From Planctopirus limnophila DSM 3776 (lineage in GTDB: Bacteria; Planctomycetota; Planctomycetia; Planctomycetales; Planctomycetaceae), in contig NC_014148.1 in assembly GCF_000092105.1 (NCBI RefSeq), forward strand, positions 4,920,001-4,952,000: a stretch of 32,000 nt of DNA. The letters are read 5' to 3'. This document shows positions 10,196 through 18,100 of the stretch, one piece after another. Position 1 is the stretch's first letter, and each line of letters starts with the position of its first letter. The position numbers were made by a program, and so were the translations under genes. Below the pieces are notes generated by a model. The model saw only the letters and a list, made by a program, of their open reading frames with translations, did not search any database and was not told where the DNA came from.

Positions 10196-10693
10196 TTACA
10201 GAGTGGGGAGTACAAAGGTGGCGGCGTAGAAGATGACTCCGGTGACCGATGTGAGGACAAGATCAATCATCGAGAGCCAGCCGAGCCTTTTGTGTGTGGT
10301 GCTGTAGGCTGAAGGTTGGGCTGGTTTGGCATAGTTGCGCAGGGCACCAATGAGCGTGACAGCCCAGAGGATGGGTGTCGAGATGGCAAAGACGAGATGG
10401 ATGCGGAGCAGCCAGGTGGAGCGTGCAATGACTTCGGTGCTGAGTGGTGGCTCGTGGCGATCGACGATGTTGCGCCAGCCACCTTGAACCCATTGCAGAT
10501 CGACTTCGAATAGAGTCACTGCCACAAGCAGAATCAGGGCGAGGAGCATCTGCAACTTACGGTGATTCTCGAAGCGGCGAGCTTTGACCTCCACCAGACT
10601 CCAGATCATCAATGGGACGACAATGACGAGCGCCACCACGACAAAGTCGAGCATGAAGGATGTCTGATAGCCGAGAAAACCGCGAGTGAGCAT
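10196..10693 (-). CDS. DUF420 family integral membrane protein
   Basis: 165 aa with four hydrophobic helices. The size and pattern (FENHRKLQ..., WLLRIHLVFAISTPILW) are consistent with DUF420. Confidence 0.75.
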   Translation of the reverse strand: MLTRGFLGYQTSFMLDFVVVALVIVVPLMIWSLVEVKARRFENHRKLQMLLALILLVAVTLFEVDLQWVQGGWRNIVDRHEPPLSTEVIARSTWLLRIHLVFAISTPILWAVTLIGALRNYAKPAQPSAYSTTHKRLGWLSMIDLVLTSVTGVIFYAATFVLPTL

Positions 10694-10906
10694 TCAACCT
10701 CCGGAATGTGGGGCTATGCAGTGTGAGCTAAGAGTGCAGGTCAGTGGTCGTTTCCACATCAATCTTTGTTCAAGAACAACATTCTGTCGCGGAAATTGGC
10801 GATCTGGGCAAGCGGGAAAAACCCCATTCCATACGTTTCAAATAGACGTGAAGGAGTTTAATGACGCCCTGAGAATGTTAGTGCGAACGCCTGGAACCAC
10901 CAGTTC

Positions 10907-11656
10907 TCACAACTTGGGATTCGTTGGAGGCGATGGAGGCCCTTCCTGGCGGACGGTCACCTGCAGGGCACTGAGCATTTTGGTGATGCGTGCTTCTTTG
11001 CCATCAATGAACGGGACGTTGTCGAGCACGAAGGCGCGCGGCTCAGAACTGGGGTGGATAATCAATCGGCCACTCCGCATGAGCAAGTATTCGAAGATGT
11101 CGTCGATCTCTTTGCTGATGCGCAGATTGGGAGCGGAGTAGCGTTCGAGGTTACTGAGAAAGCCATGATGATGCAGCAGTTCATTCGAGCGAATTTCCCA
11201 GTAATCCATGCGGACTGTGAAGAACACACAGAGATAGATGATTCCCAGGACCCCGGCGAAGAGGAAATAGAATGTGGAATTGGCATGTGGTTTGAGTGAA
11301 TTAAAAAAGCTGGAAACAGCCGGGAGCAGATCCGGGAATTGTCTCATGAGCAGGATGAACCCAAAGACAAAGGCCACAATACAGAAAAAGAGTGTCAGCG
11401 ATGTCGTGCGCGGGAAGTCGAATGCCAGCACGACGAGGTTGACTCCCAGAATGGCCATGAATGAGAGTGCGAGCGTCGATTGAGTCGGGTTGGCTGCATC
11501 TTCCAAAAACAGGGCAATAAACCCGCAGATGATCGACGCAATAAAGGTGGGGTAGAGCAAAACGATCTTCGGATAGGACATCAGATAGATTGGTTTTGTA
11601 GGGTCGAAGTCGCCGTTAGACACGGGAGATCCTTTCCGCAGTGTATTTGCAGACAT
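10907..11656 (-). CDS. Polytopic membrane protein with a C-terminal bacterial PH-like domain (hypothetical)
   Basis: 249 aa. About 4 TM segments (IVLLYPTFIASIICGFIALF, LSFMAILGVNLVVLAF, LTLFFCIVAFVFGFILL, FYFLFAGVLGIIYLCVFF) are followed by a soluble ~90 aa domain (YWEIRSNELLHHHGFLS...RLIIHPSS...FVLDNVP). The bPH assignment is only a resemblance. Confidence 0.65.
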   Translation of the reverse strand: MSANTLRKGSPVSNGDFDPTKPIYLMSYPKIVLLYPTFIASIICGFIALFLEDAANPTQSTLALSFMAILGVNLVVLAFDFPRTTSLTLFFCIVAFVFGFILLMRQFPDLLPAVSSFFNSLKPHANSTFYFLFAGVLGIIYLCVFFTVRMDYWEIRSNELLHHHGFLSNLERYSAPNLRISKEIDDIFEYLLMRSGRLIIHPSSEPRAFVLDNVPFIDGKEARITKMLSALQVTVRQEGPPSPPTNPKL

Positions 11657-11973
11657 GCAGTTTCGTGTTTATCAGTCTGGCAGTTTTGAGCTGAAAGGTG
11701 GCCCACACAATGCGAACTGGCCGGCCGGCTTTCAGTTGAACTTCGTCCTGTGTGCAATGCACTTCTGGACGAGAATCTTTCCTGAAGAACGCGAATAGGG
11801 CCTGTGTGGATGACAGTCTTTCTGAGGAGGACTTTAGCCGCCCGCGACCGTCGATTCAATTGCGGATCTGGCTTCGGGTTCCCACGATGAATTCCAGCCG
11901 GTAGTTCGCTGGGCTCTGGTGGTTTCCGGGGAGGCTGGGGCCAATGAGAGTTGATTTGACAAAACGCATCATG

Positions 11974-12016
11974 CAAAAAAATCGTCCAGTGGCTCGCGAG
12001 GGCACCACTGGACGAT
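11974..12016 (-). terminator. Rho-independent terminator downstream of the lipoprotein gene
   Basis: On the minus strand there is a perfect 12-bp stem atcgtccagtgg / ccactggacgat (12016-12005 and 11992-11981) with a 12-nt loop. It is followed immediately by a T7 run (plus-strand A-run 11975-11981) and lies 38 nt after the stop at 12054. Confidence 0.8.
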
Positions 12017-12053
12017 CTGTTATTAAGATGAGGTCAGGTTGATCGCAGCAGGA

Positions 12054-12872
12054 TTAGAAGCCGAATCCACCGCCAAATCCACCGAATCCACCACCGCCGA
12101 ATCCGCCGCCACCAAATCCTCCACCACCAAACCCACCACCGTTACCAAACTGGTCGTTGCCAAAGTTCTGATAAACGTTCTGGTAGAATTCGGGAGCGGC
12201 TTCCAGCGAATGCTTGCCAGGGCCGTAAGAAGTGGCAACAAAAGTGCGGTTATATGCGTCTGGGTTGCCCAGATCGGTCAGAATTTGAGCCACGAGCTGC
12301 CGGCGATGGTTATCGAGTTCTGGATCAGCGTTGTGCATCGTCCGTTCCACAAGAACCGGGAAGGGTGCACTGCGCATTCTCGATGCGATTTCGAGGATTT
12401 TGTCTTTGCCGTCGGGTGTCAGTTCGGCACTTTCTCCCACAAAGTCACTGTAGTACAGAATGAAATCTGCTGCTTCGGCATTGGTTTCCATCTGGTGGAA
12501 GTGGGCTCGATGCACGGTTCCTAAGGCGTATTGCTCTGGTGTCGTGTTTCGATTGGCTGAATGACCCCACCAGGACGAGGCACCCGAGCAGAAGCTGCCA
12601 CATTTCGTCCCGCAGCTATTGCACGAGTTGCAGTCATTACACGATTTTTTCCAGCCCCATTTGTTCCCGCCACAGGGCTGAACACCACAGGTTGGATCGT
12701 AGGGCGAATTGTTGCAGCCACCTGTTGGGCAGGCACCCGTTTCGCAAGAACCCGTCTGGCAGCCCGCCGGGCCACAATCAGTTGATTTATGGCCAAACGA
12801 GATGCAGCCTGCAGCAATCAGCGGCAATGCGACGAGGCAGCGACTCAGATAAATGTGGAAGGAGCGGAGCAT
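12054..12872 (-). CDS. Lipoprotein with a Cys-rich N-region, a central OmpA_C-like (degenerate) domain and a C-terminal GGF-repeat tail
   Basis: MLRSFHIYLSRCLVALPLIAAGC has a lipobox (IAAG|C). The next ~75 aa contain 15 further Cys (CGPAGCQTGSCETGACPTGGC...CNDCNSCNSCGTKCGSFC). The central block ADFILYYSDFVGESAELTPDGKDKILEIASRMRSAPFPVLVERT...RRQLVAQILTDLG loosely follows the OmpA-like pattern. The tail is GNGGGFGGGGFGGGGFGGGGFGGFGGGFGF. The ATG is preceded by GGGGAGAAGGG. Confidence 0.8.
   Translation of the reverse strand: MLRSFHIYLSRCLVALPLIAAGCISFGHKSTDCGPAGCQTGSCETGACPTGGCNNSPYDPTCGVQPCGGNKWGWKKSCNDCNSCNSCGTKCGSFCSGASSWWGHSANRNTTPEQYALGTVHRAHFHQMETNAEAADFILYYSDFVGESAELTPDGKDKILEIASRMRSAPFPVLVERTMHNADPELDNHRRQLVAQILTDLGNPDAYNRTFVATSYGPGKHSLEAAPEFYQNVYQNFGNDQFGNGGGFGGGGFGGGGFGGGGFGGFGGGFGF
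12057..12143. repeat. Imperfect short tandem repeat encoding the GGF tail
   Basis: Iterated aatccaccaccgcc-like 12-15-nt units (gaagccgaatccaccgccaaatccaccgaatccaccaccgccgaatccgccgccaccaaatcctccaccaccaaaccc...). Confidence 0.7.
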
Positions 12873-13086
12873 CCCTTCTCCCCTAACGAGACTGGCGCAG
12901 GGACAGTCTTTCGGATATTTCTGGCAGATTGTTCAGCAATCAATCGTCGCAGGTGCGATCAATGCCCAACTGCCTTCTTCGTCAACCTTGACTTGATGGC
13001 TGTCTGTTCTCGGAGGCAGAACAGACCCGGTATGTACTAGTAAGTAGCCGGACGATGTGTCTGGCACCTCAAGCTCTTCTGTACGA

Positions 13087-15459
13087 CTATCGACGACCTG
13101 CACCACTTCCTGCGGAACTTGCTGACGGAGCGGAATAACCGCCACGACCATAAGGATTTCCGGGTTGCCCGGCAGTTTCTGCCTGTTGCATCCCTGTCTG
13201 CTGGATTTGTGATGAGGGTTGATTCCCGGGATAGCGGCTGCCAGGAGTGTAGCCTGACCGGTTTCCTTGAGAACCATTATTGTTTGAAGAGATTGGTGTC
13301 GGCATCAGTGGCGTGCTGGGCCGGGGTTGAGCCGGGCCGGGTGTTGGTGGATAAGCGTGCTGTGGGACAGAGTAGCCACCTGGAGCCGGCTGGATTCCCT
13401 GATTTGGCCCACCTTGATTCATTCCTCCCGGCTGTGGTCCGACAGGCTGTGGCCCATAGGAGGGGCTGGCTGGCCCGGGATTGAAGTGCTGATAACCCAC
13501 ATTTGTCCCATTACTGCCAGAACCATAAGGTGGTACCTGATAATGTCCCGTATCAGGAGTGCCTTCGATGCGGTTGTACCAGAAGAACTCGTGATCGCCT
13601 GGATAAGTGACTTCGAAGCCCGGAACAGGAGGCACTTCTTCGGGATCCATGGGTCGCACAATGTCGGGAGTAATCAGAATGAGCAGTTCGTTTTCGTCCT
13701 GAGTTTTCTCTTTGCGACTGAAGAGAGCTGGTCCAATCTTTGGGATATCTCCCAGGAAGGGAATCTTCGAGATGTTGGTCTTCATCAGGTGAGAATACAG
13801 ACCAGCCAGCGCGAGAGTCTGACCTTCGCGCATTTCGACAGTGGTATCAATGCGGCGGGCGTTGGTACCGGGAATCCCTTGGACCGAGTTCGCCTGGTTC
13901 AGATCACTGTATTCCGCGATGGTCGACAAGCGGATGAGATCGCGATCCAGAACTGTGGGTGTGACGAGCACTGATGTCCCGAAACCACGGAAAGTCGTGG
14001 ACTGACCTTGTGCACCGGCAATACCGATAATCGTGGGAACAGCAAATTCACCACCAGCCAGAAAACGGGCCTGGCGACCACTGAGAACAGTTAAACGTGG
14101 TTCCACCAGTATCTTGCCGATGCCGTTCGTCTTGAGCCAATCGAGCAGAATCGAGACGTCGCCGTTATCGAAGATACCACCCAGCGTCGCGGCCCCGCCC
14201 GTTAGTGACGATTCAATTAACTGGCTGCCATTAAAGAGTACGGAGATATCGGCCCCGGCTTTAAACATTTCTGAACGGTTCAGTTCGGCGATACGAACTG
14301 TGAGGCTCACCTGGAACTCACCTGGAACTCGCAGCTCATTGATAATGAAACCAGCTGCGAGGTCGGAGGCTCCACCGAAACTGTTACCAATTCCACCGAT
14401 GGCACCGTTATCGATCGTGCTGGATCCACCACCGAGATCACCGCCAAGACCGCCCAGGAAAGGTTGTGGGCCGCCCAGTGAACCTTCCTGATTGATGACT
14501 TCACCGCGCACGATACTCAGAATGTGAGCGGCTTCTTCCGCATCGCGGGCTTGTCCGCGGACGACAATCTTGTATGACATGGGGATGAGGTAAACCTTGC
14601 TGTTGGGGAACAAGGTCTGCAGTTTCTTTTCGAGCTTGCCATAATCGAGACGGCGCTGGAAATCGAGAGCTGGATCGCGAATGACTTTCACGAGATAAAT
14701 GAGTGGTTCGGCGGCACCTTCAAACCAGAGGGTAAGAGTTGTCGTTCCTCGAGAAACACCAATAATGGAAATTTCTCGGGGGCCGTATTGCACGACATCG
14801 ATCACGTTCGGGTCGGCAATGGCCGCACGAATGACGTTGGCACGAGTGACGATCAACTGGCTGCGGCGATGAATCACTTCGAGGTCTTCTTCGGAAGACG
14901 GCATCGATTCAATCAGCCGGTGGAGTTGCCGGGCCGTATCCGACTGGTTGGAGTCCTGTACTGTGCGAACTGGCACGGCCCGCTGTGGCAACGGTAATGC
15001 ATTGACAGCAGGGACGGGTTGATACTGGACAGGTTGGATGTTGCCACGCGGAATCTGGATTTCACCATTCCGACTGGCAGGCACCTGATACTGCGTATTA
15101 ACGACGGGATATCCATACCCGGCGGGTGACTGCGGATGGGACGGAGTTTGCCCTGGTTGTCTCTGGTCCTGATAGCCCTGAGCTTCAGGGGCATACCCGG
15201 CTGGTGCCATCTGCTGCTGAGAATAGGAAGCAGAATGCCCGCCATAATTTTGAGCGAGGCAGGTGCTCGTCCCTACAAGACAAAGCAGCAATGCCTGAAT
15301 TCCTTGCCGGAGCGAATCGTGCCATGTGAGGCGCAAGAGACCGCTGTCGGTTTTATGACCATCGCGATACAGCTCTGCCCGCGTCGGCTTGTAAACGGTC
15401 AACATCCGTGTTGCTCCTGCTCGCTTCGAAAGCATCCTTGCCTTGAAGCAGACATTCAC
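13087..15459 (-). CDS. Outer-membrane secretin, CpaC/RcpA-like (type II/III secretion system family), with Y/Q/P/G-rich N- and C-terminal extensions
   Basis: The secretin domain reads LVEPRLTVLSGRQARFLAGGEFAVPT...GIPGTNARRIDTTVEMREGQTLALAGL...IPFLGDIPKIGPALFS...NELLILITPDIVRPM. The CpaC-type N-terminal block is VIHRRSQLIVTRANVIRAAIADPNVIDVVQYGPREISIIGVSRGTTTLTLWF. The track ORF starts at GTG 15459. More likely starts are ATG 15435, ATG 15405 (GGAG 8 nt upstream) or TTG 15336. The signal peptide is ...GIQALLLCLVGTSTCLAQ. Confidence 0.9.
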   Translation of the reverse strand: MNVCFKARMLSKRAGATRMLTVYKPTRAELYRDGHKTDSGLLRLTWHDSLRQGIQALLLCLVGTSTCLAQNYGGHSASYSQQQMAPAGYAPEAQGYQDQRQPGQTPSHPQSPAGYGYPVVNTQYQVPASRNGEIQIPRGNIQPVQYQPVPAVNALPLPQRAVPVRTVQDSNQSDTARQLHRLIESMPSSEEDLEVIHRRSQLIVTRANVIRAAIADPNVIDVVQYGPREISIIGVSRGTTTLTLWFEGAAEPLIYLVKVIRDPALDFQRRLDYGKLEKKLQTLFPNSKVYLIPMSYKIVVRGQARDAEEAAHILSIVRGEVINQEGSLGGPQPFLGGLGGDLGGGSSTIDNGAIGGIGNSFGGASDLAAGFIINELRVPGEFQVSLTVRIAELNRSEMFKAGADISVLFNGSQLIESSLTGGAATLGGIFDNGDVSILLDWLKTNGIGKILVEPRLTVLSGRQARFLAGGEFAVPTIIGIAGAQGQSTTFRGFGTSVLVTPTVLDRDLIRLSTIAEYSDLNQANSVQGIPGTNARRIDTTVEMREGQTLALAGLYSHLMKTNISKIPFLGDIPKIGPALFSRKEKTQDENELLILITPDIVRPMDPEEVPPVPGFEVTYPGDHEFFWYNRIEGTPDTGHYQVPPYGSGSNGTNVGYQHFNPGPASPSYGPQPVGPQPGGMNQGGPNQGIQPAPGGYSVPQHAYPPTPGPAQPRPSTPLMPTPISSNNNGSQGNRSGYTPGSRYPGNQPSSQIQQTGMQQAETAGQPGNPYGRGGYSAPSASSAGSGAGRR

Positions 15460-15769
15460 CTTACCTCGGCAAGAAAAGCTCTTACATTTTCCGCAGTTGA
15501 GAATCTGGTCAGAAATGACCAGAAGGAACTCAGCCTGCTGAAGGAAAATGTATTCGCCTTGTGTCGGGTTTGCCTGAGATATCGTTAGTCAATGTGAGTG
15601 CAGACTCTGGGGAGACGCTCTCACCGTATCATCATGTATCGGCGGTAGAATTCTGATGCCATCAAGCGAAGTGAGTCATGTTCCTCAGTTGCTTTTGTCG
15701 TAACGGAAAGAGGCGACATAATTGAAAAAGTTCCCGCAAGCCCCCTGTATTGCCCAGGGGCCATGAGTT

Positions 15770-15806
15770 TCACCTCCCACAAGCAATAACTGCCTGTGGG
15801 AGGTGA
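15770..15806 (-). terminator. Strong hairpin downstream of the 15868..16551 gene (possible terminator, no U-tract)
   Basis: tcacctcccaca (15770-15781) pairs with tgtgggaggtga (15795-15806): a 12-bp perfect stem with a 13-nt loop, 62 nt after the stop. Confidence 0.4.
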
Positions 15807-15867
15807 TTTAGAACTTTGCAGGTCGATGATTCAGGATGCTGAGGCATCTTCTGCCGGAGTCATCTGC

Positions 15868-16551
15868 TTACCACGCGTAATTTGTATCCCGGTTGTAGAC
15901 TGCTCGACCGGGGTAGTACCAGGGAGCCCGGTAGGAGTAGTAAGGGAACCGATAGTGACCATGCACCTGATTGCGATGAAACCCGGGGCCGAAGTGGTCA
16001 ACGTAGGGATCGCCGGAAATTGTAGATCGCTCGTTTCCATCGTAATAGTAGGGTGAGCCGATTCTGGCGTCGTAACCACCTGGCTGGAAATACTTGGCCC
16101 CCGAGGCATAGCCTGACTGATAAGTGGGGCCAGGCAACGCCGGGCTGGGCAGTCTGCCTTGAACCTGACCGTTAGGTGCAAGACCATACGGTGTCGCATA
16201 GGGCGATAGATTGACGTTTGCCCCGTAGCCAGCCATGGTTCCCTGGCCTGTCAGGTAGGGCTGGCTGCCCATTACCGAGGGATCAACGGGCTGGGGACCG
16301 TAGGTATAAGGAGCAATTCCAGTGGGCGTGGGTTGAGCCACAGCCGGACCATTCATCGTGGAGTCATAGGCGGCTGGTGGATTGATCGACACTCCTGCGC
16401 CCGATTGAGGATAGTAATAAGGTGTCGTTCCAGCGGCTCCACCCGAGAAGCCGAAACCATAGTTGGACCAGGAAGCTCCAGGAGCATCCTGAGCCTCCAC
16501 GGTTGTGAGGTTGCCCAGGAGCGTTGCTCCCAGTACGACACCCAGCTTCAT
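15868..16551 (-). CDS. Secreted Tyr/Pro/Gly-rich low-complexity protein (hypothetical)
   Basis: The track ORF extends to 16764. ATG 16551 gives a clean signal peptide, MKLGVVLGATLLGNLTTVEAQ. The rest is Y/P/G-rich (TPYYYPQSG, YTYGPQPVDPSVMGSQPYL). The C-terminal aromatic block is HFGPGFHRNQVHGHYRFPYYSYRAPWYYPGRAVYNRDTNYAW. Confidence 0.65.
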   Translation of the reverse strand: MKLGVVLGATLLGNLTTVEAQDAPGASWSNYGFGFSGGAAGTTPYYYPQSGAGVSINPPAAYDSTMNGPAVAQPTPTGIAPYTYGPQPVDPSVMGSQPYLTGQGTMAGYGANVNLSPYATPYGLAPNGQVQGRLPSPALPGPTYQSGYASGAKYFQPGGYDARIGSPYYYDGNERSTISGDPYVDHFGPGFHRNQVHGHYRFPYYSYRAPWYYPGRAVYNRDTNYAW

Positions 16552-17039
16552 GGTGGTTTTCCACAACTGGGCTGCCAGCGAAAACTCTTGAGGCGCTTTG
16601 GCTTGTGAGGAATCAGCAGGCAATGCGATCCCCCGGGCCTGGCAAAACATCGTGATCGGGGCAAGCTTCCAGGGAGTCTGCGGCATGTTAAACCTCAATG
16701 ACCGTGACGAAAAAGACGGCCTGCGGACGAACCGTCGAAGGATCTCTGATTTCTGACGAGGCAACTATGAATCACAACTGCCACATCTGCCGACGATACC
16801 TCACAAGTTGTGATATTTTCCTGCAGTTCAGATGTCCTCTGCTCCTCATGGAAAGATCACGAAAGAAAGTGCGCATTGGCAAATTTTGCCGACAAACACT
16901 CCCACAGCGAATCTAACTGCAGAATGAGTGAGAATTGGTGAAGGATCACTGATTGCTGGCTGGCTGCGGTTTCTGACCAGGATGGATCTGGTTGGCCGAC
17001 AGGTTGAAACAACCTTTCACACAGGCAGGAAGCATTGTT

Positions 17040-17768
17040 ATGTCGGGCATTATTGTTCAAGTCGCCCTGGCGGCGGTCATGCAGGTTGGTCAACCAGCTC
17101 CTCAGGAAACTCCGGGGATTCCTGTCATACCACAGGCTTATCAGCAGTATGGCTTTGGAGGCCAGGCCGAAACGCGCCATCCTTACGACACTCAACAGAA
17201 CTGGGTGCATGGCTACTTTCAGGAAATTCCTGCCTATCGCGGTCACGCACTGTTTCGACCTTACAACTATAAGCATGTGTTGTCCCAGTCGCAGACAGCT
17301 GGTGGCTGGGGAATGAATCCGAATCTGGCTTACTCTCAGCAGTTCTGGCATCGTTACCAGGATCAGGCCACCATGCTGAAGATGTCCCAGACGGGACCAC
17401 AGGGTCTACCCAATACAGGGCCGTTCCCGGGATATGTGGTCTCGCCCATGCCACCTGTGGATGGTTCGCTGTATCCTGTCTCGTATGCACCGGAGTATTC
17501 GCCACAGGGTGGGTATGCCCCGGCAGCTCCCTATCAATATCAGTCTGCTCCGGCAGTGCAGATGGCACCGGCACCTGCTGGTTATCCAGTCATGGGCTCT
17601 CAACCACCTGCTGGTGCCCCGGTGACTTATTATGAACTTCAGGAGCATCTGGGTTCGCCAGTTGTGCCTGCCGGGAGCTATGCCCCTGCTCCGTCGAATC
17701 CAGCCAACAGCGGGCTTATTCCAGCCAACAGTGGGCCGATGCTTCCTTTACCACCGCCCGGCCGCTGA
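17040..17768 (+). CDS. Tyr/Pro/Gln-rich low-complexity protein, probably exported (hypothetical)
   Basis: The track ORF starts at TTG 16992. ATG 17040 has GGAAG 8 nt upstream. The hydrophobic N-terminus is (MADRLKQPFTQAGSIV)MSGIIVQVALAAVMQ. The aromatic block is WVHGYFQEIPAYRGHALFRPYNYKHV, followed by low complexity such as GGYAPAAPYQYQSAPAVQMAPAPAGYPVMGSQPPAG. Confidence 0.65.
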   Translation: MSGIIVQVALAAVMQVGQPAPQETPGIPVIPQAYQQYGFGGQAETRHPYDTQQNWVHGYFQEIPAYRGHALFRPYNYKHVLSQSQTAGGWGMNPNLAYSQQFWHRYQDQATMLKMSQTGPQGLPNTGPFPGYVVSPMPPVDGSLYPVSYAPEYSPQGGYAPAAPYQYQSAPAVQMAPAPAGYPVMGSQPPAGAPVTYYELQEHLGSPVVPAGSYAPAPSNPANSGLIPANSGPMLPLPPPGR

Positions 17769-17799
17769 TGCCTTCTGTTGAATAACGCAGTCGATTGCA

Positions 17800-17838
17800 A
17801 GCCATCTGGTGAACGTGAGCCGGGTGGCTTTTTTGTTT
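17800..17838 (+). terminator. Rho-independent terminator of the 17040..17768 gene
   Basis: agccatctgg (17800-17809) pairs with ccgggtggct (17820-17829): 10 bp including two G-U pairs, with a 10-nt loop. It is followed by tttttgttt. Confidence 0.75.
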
Positions 17839-18100
17839 ATTGAGGTCGACTGGTATGGTGTTCGCTGGTGGCCGGAGATCAAGAGCATACTGCGATGAAA
17901 TCGCTGGTGAATGGCTCGATCAATACGTTCGGACTCGCCCTCATCCCGGCCTTCTCCCGTCGGAACGGGAGAAGAGGTAAAAACCCCTCGCCCGCGTCTG
18001 CGTGGGAGAGAGGGTCGCCGCAGGGTGGGTCGTGAGTTTCTTCCTCTGGCCGACGTGAGCATTCTCAAAGTTTGACAGAAGTCGAAAGTGCTTATCAAAG

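Noticed and set aside
11581-11976. 131-aa minus-strand ORF in the gap between the lipoprotein gene and the membrane PH-like gene
   Set aside because: It begins immediately downstream of the strong intrinsic terminator (11974-12016) and overlaps the start of the next gene by 76 nt. The product is R/P/S-rich with no features. It is more likely the 5' UTR or promoter region of 10907..11656.
12054-12143. Homology of the GGF tail to eukaryotic FG-nucleoporins or glycine-rich RNA-binding proteins
   Set aside because: The similarity is compositional only and spans 29 residues. No homology can be inferred, so it is kept only as a physicochemical analogy in the finding.
16744-16765. Hammerhead-like CUGACGAG core (ctgatttctgacgaggc)
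   Set aside because: There is no downstream CGAAAC element and no appropriate stem II/III complementarity. This is a chance match to a 7-nt core.
17748-18098. 116-aa minus-strand ORF between the Y/P-rich gene and the dienelactone hydrolase gene
   Set aside because: It overlaps the plus-strand terminator and a GC-rich hairpin element. The product is R/P/G-rich low complexity with no start context. It is treated as non-coding.
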